This document shows positions 38,451-47,000 of a stretch of 59,231 nucleotides of DNA, one piece after another; positions within the stretch are counted from its first letter, which is position 1; every line of letters starts with the position of its first letter. The notes below the pieces were generated by a model, which was not told the origin of the DNA, did not search any database, and saw nothing but the letters and a program-made list of their open reading frames with translations. The position numbers and the translations under genes are program-made. This stretch comes from a virus. Lineage: Duplodnaviria > Caudoviricetes. The stretch lies in the IMG/VR virus record IMGVR_UViG_3300040781_000275, positions 1 to 59,231 of that record. The stretch is one strand, 5' to 3'.

Positions 38451-40952
38451 ATGGCTTTGCAATTTAATTTCCCAGTAACGAATACAGTTAATAACATTGT
38501 AAATGTTGAAACACTTCGTTCAGAAATAAACGCCAATCCTAATATTTTAATTGGACTGAGTGACGTTGGTAGTATCTTTGATTCACAGAACGCGGAATTT
38601 ATTGTTGTAACATTTAAGACGGACCTATCAACACCAGAAGAAGGTGTTTTAGCTGGTATTATAGCTGCCCACAATGGTTTTGTAATAATTGAAGATGTAG
38701 ACTTAATTCGAGTTGCTAAAAACGATACAAAACAGCAAGCCAATATTATTAATGATAACGATAGAATTAAGGTTGAGGTTACAGGAACACTTTCTGACGG
38801 AACTGTGAAGGTTTCAGCTAACGATGCCTCAATGGGGCCTTTAATTGAAAAGATTGTACCCGCAGATAATAAGGTAGTCGTTTCTGAGACTAATGATGGT
38901 AATGCTGAACAACTAACTATCGGTATTAACCCATCAAATATTTTAACCAGTGAATTAGATAACGATGCAGAATTCTTAGATGAAAGCGCACACGATAACC
39001 TGGCTCAAGATAACCCTCACAATGTTACGAAAGCACAGGTTGGTTTAGGCAATGCTGATAATACCAGTGACGCAAATAAGCCTATTTCTAATGCTACCCA
39101 AACAGCTTTAAACGACATAGCCCAAGACGTTACAAATTTAGAAAATGCCGCAATTACCGACCACGGTGAATTAGGTGGTTTACAAGACGATGACCACTTA
39201 CAATATTTAAACGAAGGTAGACACGATGGGTTACCAAATGACAATCCACATACAGTTACACTAACTCAAGCTGTCCAAGCAGACGTAAATACAGATGTAA
39301 CAGCTAGTGAGCTAGAGACTTTAACGGACGGTTCAAATGCAAACGGTTTACACCAGCACCCAATAGGCGACATTATTGATTTTGCTCAGGGTGTAATTGA
39401 TAATGCCCCTGTTCAGGTATCGGATATCGCTGACTTTGAAACAACCACTCAACTCAATAATAGAGATGTGGCCAATAGAAATAGAGCGAACCATCAAGGT
39501 TCACAGCCAGCTAGTACCATTTCTGATTTTGCTTCTCAGGTTGTTGCTAATCAAACAGTTACTAACCTCGTTTTCAATAACACTACAAAAATTCTAAGTT
39601 ATACCAATGAACTTGGTAATACAGTTAATGTTGATTTAACTCAGTTCTTAGATGATACGAACTTAGCTAGAATTTTAAACGGCACTCTAAACGCTGCAAC
39701 AGGTATTGCAACTTTCACAAGAGATGACGGTAGCACATTCACAGTGGATTTTAGTAGTCTAAATGACCAAGCTGCCATTGGTGCGGCAATAGCAGCTCAT
39801 GAGGCAGCAAGTGACCCCCATCCACAATATACAACGGCTGCTGAAGCAACAGCTCTAGCCCCTGTTCAACCAGCTGATATTCAAGATTTTGAAACGACTA
39901 CACAATTAAATGCTAGAGATGTAGCTAATAGAAATAGGGCTAATCATCAGGGTTCACAGTTAGCTAGTACCATTTCAAACTTTAATACTGCCGCCTCCGC
40001 TGCTGCTCCTGTTCAGAATGTTAACGGTGAGACAGGAACAGTTAGCTTAGGTCAAAACAATTTAAACGACACAATAATTACAAGCCCTTTATTAGACCAA
40101 ATTCTTCAATACAATGGTGTGAATTGGGTTAACGTATTTCCAGTATCTAAAAATGAATTAATTATTACTCAACCCAATCACGGTTTTACTTTAACTAACG
40201 GAATACCAAAACCGGCTTATAGCAATACAAGTGGATTGGTTCAATTAGCTCAAGCAAACTCACTACAAACCTTAAGTGCTTATTACATTACTGAGATTAT
40301 TAATGCTAACCAAATTAGGATTCAGAGTGGTGGAAGTTTTATAAATGCTGTCAGTCACGGATTAAGTGTTGGTAGATATTACTTTACTTCTGAATTAGTT
40401 GCTGGTGAAATTTCAATAACAGAACCTTTATCAACTATTAACGATGTCGTTCTTTTTGCTGTAGATGCAGATAACCTTTTATTAATTGATAACAGGCCGG
40501 AAGATAAGAATAGTATTGAAAAGTTTTTAATTAAAGTTAGAAACACTAATACAACAACAAATATAAATACTGTTGCTCCTACTGCTATACCTGTTACTGG
40601 AACAGTTGAACAAAACGAAAACAATTTCTACACAGTTGTTGGAAACGGTATTCAAGTTCCGCAGACTAGAAGTTATAAGGTAAAAGCGAATATTCATGTT
40701 GGAAGTGTCTCTACTCGTTCAAGTGCCAGAATACGTTTTGCCATAAACGGCTCACCTCAAGGAGATATTGCTGCCACAGGTTACATTAGGAACTCAACAG
40801 GTCATAATGAGGCATCTTATATCATCAGTGATGAATTTATATTAAATGCTAACGATATTGTTACTGTTACAGCTGAAAGGGAGTCTACTGCTGGCGGTAC
40901 TGTTACACTGCAAGAAGTAGGTACATCATCAATCACAGTCGAGGCTAGATAA
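38451..40952 (+). CDS. Long fibre protein with His-motif repeats and a C1q/TNF-like tip
   Basis: NPHNVTKAQVGLGNADNTSD, DDDHLQYL and DPHPQY motifs; two copies of NRNRANHQGSQ. Confidence 0.75.
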   Translation: MALQFNFPVTNTVNNIVNVETLRSEINANPNILIGLSDVGSIFDSQNAEFIVVTFKTDLSTPEEGVLAGIIAAHNGFVIIEDVDLIRVAKNDTKQQANIINDNDRIKVEVTGTLSDGTVKVSANDASMGPLIEKIVPADNKVVVSETNDGNAEQLTIGINPSNILTSELDNDAEFLDESAHDNLAQDNPHNVTKAQVGLGNADNTSDANKPISNATQTALNDIAQDVTNLENAAITDHGELGGLQDDDHLQYLNEGRHDGLPNDNPHTVTLTQAVQADVNTDVTASELETLTDGSNANGLHQHPIGDIIDFAQGVIDNAPVQVSDIADFETTTQLNNRDVANRNRANHQGSQPASTISDFASQVVANQTVTNLVFNNTTKILSYTNELGNTVNVDLTQFLDDTNLARILNGTLNAATGIATFTRDDGSTFTVDFSSLNDQAAIGAAIAAHEAASDPHPQYTTAAEATALAPVQPADIQDFETTTQLNARDVANRNRANHQGSQLASTISNFNTAASAAAPVQNVNGETGTVSLGQNNLNDTIITSPLLDQILQYNGVNWVNVFPVSKNELIITQPNHGFTLTNGIPKPAYSNTSGLVQLAQANSLQTLSAYYITEIINANQIRIQSGGSFINAVSHGLSVGRYYFTSELVAGEISITEPLSTINDVVLFAVDADNLLLIDNRPEDKNSIEKFLIKVRNTNTTTNINTVAPTAIPVTGTVEQNENNFYTVVGNGIQVPQTRSYKVKANIHVGSVSTRSSARIRFAINGSPQGDIAATGYIRNSTGHNEASYIISDEFILNANDIVTVTAERESTAGGTVTLQEVGTSSITVEAR
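39405..39982 (+). repeat. Intragenic ~42-aa duplication (copies start near 39405 and 39858)
   Basis: APVQ..DI.DFETTTQLN.RDVANRNRANHQGSQ.ASTIS.F occurs twice, with synonymous differences. Confidence 0.85.
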
Positions 40953-41639
40953 ATGTCATTAACAAGAGCAAAAAGGGATATTGATTGGGGAGTGGGTACA
41001 AGTATTTCTGACCCTGTTTCTATTAGTAGGGCTTGGGAGCTTGGTACAACCTTTAACAACCCTGTAAGTGCTGACCCTTTAAAACTTGGGCTTATAGTCG
41101 TCTTTAATGAGGATGGGGCCGGTACTTCAAATGTTGTAGCTGTTACGGTTGGCTCGGAAACTGCTACAGAAATAACTTCGCAATTTGTTGAAAATGGTTT
41201 TAGCAATGATTTAGCTATTTTTCAATTAACTAATGCACAGTTAGCAAACTTAGGGGCTTCAGAAGCTATTAACGTTGACTTCACTAATGCCCCTGATAGC
41301 TTTAGTGTTTCAAGCGGTATTTATCAGAGCGTTAGTCAAACAAGCCCTGTAGTTGGAACTGGTTCATCTGCTTTAGATGCTGGGGAAACTGCCGTTAGCG
41401 TTAATGCTACCGCTGAAGATGACGGTGTTAGTATATTTACATTAGGCTCTGGTTCAGGCGGTACGCTTTCTGGTGTTACAGTTGGATATGTTGAACAAAC
41501 GAATGTTTTAGATGGTAACGGTAACAGATTTGTAGTCTACGAAAAACTACCTTCAGATTCTCCTAGCGAAACAGTTAATGCTACACTTTCAACCAATAAC
41601 AGATTTACTGCTTTAATTATTAATTTAAGGAAGGCTTAA
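40953..41639 (+). CDS. Beta-rich putative virion protein
   Basis: S/T/G/V-rich ORF abutting both neighbours. Confidence 0.55.
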   Translation: MSLTRAKRDIDWGVGTSISDPVSISRAWELGTTFNNPVSADPLKLGLIVVFNEDGAGTSNVVAVTVGSETATEITSQFVENGFSNDLAIFQLTNAQLANLGASEAINVDFTNAPDSFSVSSGIYQSVSQTSPVVGTGSSALDAGETAVSVNATAEDDGVSIFTLGSGSGGTLSGVTVGYVEQTNVLDGNGNRFVVYEKLPSDSPSETVNATLSTNNRFTALIINLRKA

Positions 41640-42482
41640 ATGGCTTTATATTATAAAAAAATATTCCCTAGTAGAGAAGAAGCTATGATTGCTAAAAGAG
41701 ATATTGGTTTTAAACACCTTTATATCATTAATGGCGATTATTGTTATAAGTCTTTAGTTCAGACGGATGAATATTACACAGATATGTCAGAGCATATGTC
41801 CGATGAATCAGACATTGTTTCCCTAGTTAAAGAGGAACCCGACCACGTTAGAATTTACAGATTCATACCTGTTGCGGATAGTGACTTAAATGTTGCTCCC
41901 ATTGAGCGGAATTATATAACAGGTTTAGTAACTAGGCTTCAGGCTCGTAGAACTTTTAATCATGGCGAGCTTAATAAAATTTACTGGTACGGAGATGGAA
42001 CAACCAATGACTTAATTATTAAGGTTGATGTTGCGTACGAGCGTGACACTATTGGTTTTGCTGTTAGACGAACAACTACTAGAACATGGTTAAGAGAAGA
42101 CGGTACAGATGCAACACCTAATAAATATACTGAAAAGTTTTATAACACCGATTTATTGGGTGCGATTGATGAAGGTATTAGAAGAAGAGGTAATATTGTT
42201 AAGGGTTTACAACTTCCAATTTTAGGAACTATGACAGCCACTATTCCGGCTTTATCTGGTGAGTCCGAACCTGAGAGACAAGCTAGAATTATTACAATTG
42301 GTAGACGTTTCTTAGGTGCGTATAAAGAACATTTTAATGCGTTTGTTGAAGATTCAAATAAACAGATAATTGAAGAAATGGAATTAGCTAATGACTTTTG
42401 GTTAGATAATATTATTGATGCTAATGGAACAACAATTAGAATGATGGTCCTGTACGAGTTAAATATTGGTGGTATCGGATAA
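41640..42482 (+). CDS. Hypothetical protein
   Basis: 280-aa ORF abutting both neighbours. Confidence 0.6.
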   Translation: MALYYKKIFPSREEAMIAKRDIGFKHLYIINGDYCYKSLVQTDEYYTDMSEHMSDESDIVSLVKEEPDHVRIYRFIPVADSDLNVAPIERNYITGLVTRLQARRTFNHGELNKIYWYGDGTTNDLIIKVDVAYERDTIGFAVRRTTTRTWLREDGTDATPNKYTEKFYNTDLLGAIDEGIRRRGNIVKGLQLPILGTMTATIPALSGESEPERQARIITIGRRFLGAYKEHFNAFVEDSNKQIIEEMELANDFWLDNIIDANGTTIRMMVLYELNIGGIG

Positions 42483-43036
42483 TGAGCACTGGATTTAATA
42501 TACAGACAGGTGAACCGATTGTTCTTAGGTTATTGTTACCTGAGAGTGATAATACTAAGTTCGTTAGGGCCATAGTCAAAGACGAGGATGGTAATGTTTT
42601 AACAGGCTCACCTTTTACTTTAAATAACATCGGTGATGGTGAGTATTATTTCAAAGACGCTGTAAATCTATTGTTTCCAGAAGGTAAGCTTGAGATTTTT
42701 GCAATTTATGAAATTTACGATGATAATGGATTCACTATTCCAACTTGCGATTATTCTCATAGGGTTGGAGATGTTTTCAGAAGACTCAATACAACAAGTA
42801 ATGATATAGAAACTGTAATTAATAGATTAAACAAGATTATTAATAGCCTTATTCCAACTGATGCTGAAATTGACGTTACTGAAATTTCTCAATTAAGTCT
42901 TGAGGTAACCAGCGAGTCTAATATTGAATTAGATATATCAAGCCCAGCAAATGCGGAATTAAATGCACAGTCAGAGTCAAATATTGAGCTTGAGCCTGAA
43001 AATCAGCCTGATATTGAAATCGAGACTTCTTCATGA
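42482..43036 (+). CDS. Hypothetical Ig-like protein with acidic ~11-aa C-terminal repeats
   Basis: Repeats ESNIELDISS / ESNIELEPEN / QPDIEIETSS. Confidence 0.55.
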   Translation: MSTGFNIQTGEPIVLRLLLPESDNTKFVRAIVKDEDGNVLTGSPFTLNNIGDGEYYFKDAVNLLFPEGKLEIFAIYEIYDDNGFTIPTCDYSHRVGDVFRRLNTTSNDIETVINRLNKIINSLIPTDAEIDVTEISQLSLEVTSESNIELDISSPANAELNAQSESNIELEPENQPDIEIETSS

Positions 43037-43062
43037 GACTATTATAAAGGAAAGGTATTTAG

Positions 43063-43647
43063 ATGAGTATAACTAATCGTGTAGAAATAAATTCAGGGGC
43101 AGACGCTTCAATCGTTGTTAGGGTTAAAGACCCTTTGACTCGTGACCCATTTGATTTAACTAATGCTACCAATATCCAATTTACTTTTGATACTAGAGAC
43201 AGGGGAAAGCTCACTGTTGATAATGTTGAGGTTCCAGCTCAGGTTGCTAACTTAACTTATGACAACATTGCTTTAAGTGCTGTAAACGCTGGTGCTGATG
43301 GTAACCTAATTAGTTTAGTTTTTGATGGGATAGCCGACTTAGATACAATCGTAAATGCTTGGAATACAGCTAATCCGACTAATCAGGCTCAACATGGTGG
43401 TGTGGGTAATGAAGTTCTAGTTGCTGGAACGGCAAGGCTGACTGATGGTTACAACGCTTATACACCTGTTGAAATCATTGGTGAAGCAATCTTAGGTAGG
43501 GTTAGAATCACTTTATTAGAAAAAGAAACTTCTTCTCTAAAAAGAGGACCTAACCAATCTTTTAAAATGACTATTGACCAAGGGGCTTTTCCCGGTGGTG
43601 TTAGAACGAAAGGTTCTTACGATAGATTAGATGTAATTGACGAATAA
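43063..43647 (+). CDS. BppU-like Ig-fold structural protein carrying the 70-aa insertion
   Basis: IVVRVKD...PFDLTNA..IQF and GRVRITL..ET..L..G halves flank the module. Confidence 0.6.
   Translation: MSITNRVEINSGADASIVVRVKDPLTRDPFDLTNATNIQFTFDTRDRGKLTVDNVEVPAQVANLTYDNIALSAVNAGADGNLISLVFDGIADLDTIVNAWNTANPTNQAQHGGVGNEVLVAGTARLTDGYNAYTPVEIIGEAILGRVRITLLEKETSSLKRGPNQSFKMTIDQGAFPGGVRTKGSYDRLDVIDE
43240..43449 (+). repeat. 70-aa shared insertion module, copy 4
   Basis: AGADGNLISLVFDGIADLDTIVNAWNTANPTNQAQHGGVGNEVL...LTDG; aligns without gaps. Confidence 0.88.
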
Positions 43648-43661
43648 ACTCAGGATGAGTT

Positions 43662-43725
43662 AAAAATCCTGACTGAATCCATATTTGCAAAACAGGATGT
43701 GTGTGGGGTTCAGTCAGGTTTTTTT
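43662..43725. terminator. Bidirectional terminator-like long hairpin between convergent genes
   Basis: CCTGACTGAA (43668-43677) pairs with TTCAGTCAGG (43709-43718); A-tract on the left and T-tract on the right. Confidence 0.7.
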
Positions 43726-44113
43726 ATCCCTCTATTTGAACGTCCCACTTTGTTACTCTTTCCTTTAAATCTTCAATTGAATGTTTAGGCTTATAAGAAA
43801 ACTTTTTTGAATATCGCTTTTCAAAGGAGCTCATTAAACTAACTGCAAATTGCTCAACTTCTCCTAAGACTAAATCAAACTTATCTTGTCCATGTAAACT
43901 CTTATCGTCCAACTCTCCAATCTCTTTCATTATTGTTAAAATAACCTGATAGACCTCGATAGAACCGTGCATGTGACTTTGCGTTAGGTTTTTCTGAAAC
44001 TCCGCTTTATTAAATTTCTTTTTTATCTTTGTGTTATTTCCAATTGGATAGTGGCAACTTGTTAACCACTGTGCAAATTCATCACTATTTTTATCAATAC
44101 CTTTATATTTCAT
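43724..44113 (-). CDS. Hypothetical protein
   Basis: GGGGAG SD and TATAAT (44131-44136, minus strand) upstream. Confidence 0.65.
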   Translation of the reverse strand: MKYKGIDKNSDEFAQWLTSCHYPIGNNTKIKKKFNKAEFQKNLTQSHMHGSIEVYQVILTIMKEIGELDDKSLHGQDKFDLVLGEVEQFAVSLMSSFEKRYSKKFSYKPKHSIEDLKERVTKWDVQIEG

Positions 44114-44153
44114 GGACTCCCCTTTGAGGCATTATATTTAATTGAAAACCGCC

Positions 44154-44374
44154 AATAATCATAGGCAGTCATTAATTTTTATAGATTGGGGCTTATATCG
44201 AGCATATTTCGCCCAAATATAGCCCATATACTACTTTTAGTGCTTATTTGTGACTTTATAGCCCTGAACACTAAATAGGGCTTAAATGGCCCAAATGGGC
44301 TTAATTCTATTATTAAATAAAAAATGTTTAAAAGTATCAGGATTATCGTTGAATAATGGACTGCCTATATTATT
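44154..44374. promoter_or_regulatory. Divergent control region/origin candidate
   Basis: Imperfect 21-bp inverted repeat around GACTGCCTAT (44154-44174 and 44354-44374) enclosing phased GGGC/GCCC motifs and an AT-rich tract. Confidence 0.5.
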
Positions 44375-44396
44375 CTAATACCAACGGGGAAGGGCA

Positions 44397-45041
44397 ATGT
44401 TAAAGATTGGAAAAGTGTATTTATACGAGAATAAGAATTATATTTATGTTCACACTAAAAAGAAAGTCGGTGGCCGGAACATTTATTCAGTTTCTAAAGT
44501 CGATATCAATGGGGAGTTAAAGAAGCCCATTGATGTTAGATTTAAGCGTGGTAAATTTAAGCTAATAGAAGATGTTTCTATTAGAATCTTAGTTAGAATC
44601 CCTCAGAAAAATAGGCAAAAACTAAAGTGGTTAAAAGTTGTTAACGATGCTCAAAGAAAAATGGTCGCACTAAAGATATCTGGTTGTCGTGAAACTAAAA
44701 GGGAACTAAGGAAAGAGATTGGTAAATTAGCAGTAGCTTCCATATATTTTCAAAACAGTGAATCAGGCGATTGTTTTAATCTTAGAGATTTTGCCAAAGA
44801 ATTAAACTTTAATACTTACACAACTTTATATCGATGGGCTGAAAACTACCTTCGCTCTATCTATACGGAAGACAGGTATAAGAACGCTATTAAGTCTGCT
44901 GCTGATAGAACCATTTATCAGGCGTATAACAATAAGATGAAATATTGGTCTGGTTTATATGGTTTCAATAAGAACATTAATAAGATGCTGGATAGAGACT
45001 TAAAAGCTTATATGAAAGAAATGAGAGAGCGGGCTATTTAA
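44397..45041 (+). CDS. Basic helix-turn-helix DNA-binding protein
   Basis: LRDFAKELNFNTYTTLYRW HTH pattern; GGGGAAGG SD. Confidence 0.6.
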   Translation: MLKIGKVYLYENKNYIYVHTKKKVGGRNIYSVSKVDINGELKKPIDVRFKRGKFKLIEDVSIRILVRIPQKNRQKLKWLKVVNDAQRKMVALKISGCRETKRELRKEIGKLAVASIYFQNSESGDCFNLRDFAKELNFNTYTTLYRWAENYLRSIYTEDRYKNAIKSAADRTIYQAYNNKMKYWSGLYGFNKNINKMLDRDLKAYMKEMRERAI

Positions 45042-45348
45042 GGTAGTCGTTAAAAACTCTTTCGTTAAAGTATTGATAAACCCAAAGATAAGAATCAAAC
45101 TCAGGCATCTCAACTTTAAGAACTAAATTTTCAGACTTGATATATGGCAAAATTGCTTGATGAGTAATTGTATCCATTACAACAACATTATATTCACTGA
45201 AATAAATAGTTACATCACTTTCAATATTAAAAATATTTTTGAAAGTATCTAAGGCATCTCCTTTAAGTTGTTTGATGCCTGAGACAGAATCTTTAACACA
45301 ATCACTTAGAGTTGATAATCTTTCCTTAAGGTCTGATTTTGATGCCAT
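45034..45348 (-). CDS. Hypothetical protein
   Basis: GGAG SD; last gene of the leftward operon. Confidence 0.55.
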   Translation of the reverse strand: MASKSDLKERLSTLSDCVKDSVSGIKQLKGDALDTFKNIFNIESDVTIYFSEYNVVVMDTITHQAILPYIKSENLVLKVEMPEFDSYLWVYQYFNERVFNDYLK

Positions 45349-46181
45349 ACTTTAACTCCAAATTTATAATAGATACCCTTTAAGAATAGTACAAAGTCTA
45401 GGTTCTCTTCAACTACTTTTTTACATCTGGCCGGAAGCTTCTTAAGTTTTTCTTTTCCAGTTCCATCTAAAATTTCTAGCGGTGAAATTGCTCCTAATGC
45501 TTTTAACTCTTTTTCATTTAAGTTAGGGAAATTACAAATATCCCAAAAGCTCTCAGCACTAAAGGAAGTTTGCTTAAGGTACTCCTGAACCATTACATCT
45601 ATGTGCCAAAGTATATTACCGTTCTCTTTATAAAAGTTATTCCAGTGGGCTAATCGACCTTCCGTGTTATGGTCACTAATAGCAGAGAACATAACAAAAT
45701 ACTCATATGGGTTATCTACCTTGGTCTGAGCTTGTGAGTAAACGTAACCATCTAAATAAACTTTTAGAAGTCTTTGGTCTAATTCAGGGTAGGCGTATTT
45801 AAACAGCTTAAATAAGAACCCTCTTGAAGTAGCAGAACAATAAACATTAGGGCATTTAATAACACCGTCTACAGTTATTAGGTCACCTTTACAAGTTGTG
45901 CAATTAGTAGGGAGTTCTAACTCTCCTACAGGCTGACTCAAAACTTCTTCAATTTCTGGAATTAATTGCTCATCAACTTTTACTCTGAGTTTTGTTCCTT
46001 TCATTAGGAATCTTTTATTTTCAATATCTCTAAAAATCATAGCGTTGATATTGTGTTTCTTAAGTTTGGTTGTAGTTTTTAAATGAACCAACATAAAAAC
46101 ATCGCCTCTTTGACCGGTTCGATAATCAACTTTCTTAACCGTGACGTTTTCTTTAAATGTTTCAATTTTAGACGTTTCCAT
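45306..46181 (-). CDS. NAD-dependent DNA ligase C-terminal half-like protein (OB fold plus C4 zinc finger)
   Basis: VKKVDYRTGQRG ... LIPEIEEV ... LPTNCTTCKGDL...IKCPNVYC matches the LigA OB/Zn layout; no KxDG adenylation motif; GAAGGAG SD favours the ATG at 46181. Confidence 0.65.
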   Translation of the reverse strand: METSKIETFKENVTVKKVDYRTGQRGDVFMLVHLKTTTKLKKHNINAMIFRDIENKRFLMKGTKLRVKVDEQLIPEIEEVLSQPVGELELPTNCTTCKGDLITVDGVIKCPNVYCSATSRGFLFKLFKYAYPELDQRLLKVYLDGYVYSQAQTKVDNPYEYFVMFSAISDHNTEGRLAHWNNFYKENGNILWHIDVMVQEYLKQTSFSAESFWDICNFPNLNEKELKALGAISPLEILDGTGKEKLKKLPARCKKVVEENLDFVLFLKGIYYKFGVKVWHQNQTLRKDYQL

Positions 46182-46461
46182 TAATTTCTCCTTCGTCATC
46201 GTAAGCTTCACCTACAACAACTACTTCTTTAGCTGTGATTCCCTTTGGCCCTCTGAACATTTCAAACTGAATTATTTGTCCAGGGATTAACTTTCTAACA
46301 CCTTCCATATTAACTTCTCTGTGATGTACGAAAGCGTCTTCTCCCATACCTGAAGACTTATAAACATCTCCACTTAATATTTCATCAATTTTAGAGAACC
46401 CAAATTTCTTTTCTGCATCCCATCGAATAACTCTACCCTTAGCCTTACCAACAAACTTCAT
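46168..46461 (-). CDS. Cold-shock domain protein
   Basis: KGRVIRW..EKKFGF (RNP1), DAFVHH (RNP2), L..GQ.IQF...GPKG..A..V. Confidence 0.88.
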   Translation of the reverse strand: MKFVGKAKGRVIRWDAEKKFGFSKIDEILSGDVYKSSGMGEDAFVHHREVNMEGVRKLIPGQIIQFEMFRGPKGITAKEVVVVGEAYDDEGEINGNV

Positions 46462-46988
46462 TATAATCCTTTCCTTTTTCCATACTCAGCTAATAAATAG
46501 CCGTCAACAATTCCATCATGAGGAACCTTACTTCGTTTAGTAGCTAAAAAATTTTCTTTTGGAAACAATCGCATTGCAACCAACAGAGCTGTTTTCTTAG
46601 TATCCTTAACTTGTTTAGTTTTACCTTCATCAGTCTTTTTATTTTTTGTTTGAATTTTAGCGTCTTTAAATAAAACCTTTTGCCAACTAATAGGGCTAAC
46701 CATTGTGTAAGGTAAATTTAAAGCAACGCAAGCCATCTCCATGTAACCTGTTTGAAGCCCCAATGAAACAGCCGCTCTTTTCATTAAACCAAACATTCCA
46801 TGAACTTTCTCAAAAACTACATGGGCATCGTGAGTACAATACTGTGCTAAAAAATCGTAGATACCTCTAAGGTCTAGTTCTTTACCTATTTTCGGCATAA
46901 CTATTCTTTCATGGGGTCTACCATTTTTAAGAACTACCAATGCTCCCGCTTTACCTAAATCAATTCCAATATAATATTTATCTTCCAT
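46461..46988 (-). CDS. RuvC-like Holliday junction resolvase
   Basis: IGIDLGKAGA, VVFEKV, VSPISWQK and HDGIVDGYLLAEYG. Confidence 0.85.
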   Translation of the reverse strand: MEDKYYIGIDLGKAGALVVLKNGRPHERIVMPKIGKELDLRGIYDFLAQYCTHDAHVVFEKVHGMFGLMKRAAVSLGLQTGYMEMACVALNLPYTMVSPISWQKVLFKDAKIQTKNKKTDEGKTKQVKDTKKTALLVAMRLFPKENFLATKRSKVPHDGIVDGYLLAEYGKRKGL

Positions 46989-47000
46989 AATTTCCCTTAC

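Noticed and set aside
38186-38743. 185-aa minus-strand ORF and the other antisense or off-frame ORFs of 60-155 aa
   Set aside because: They overlap well-supported genes, and I saw no convincing SD or protein motifs.
44180-44305. CRISPR mini-array
   Set aside because: Units are about 10 bp and degenerate, with no repeat-spacer structure and no cas genes.
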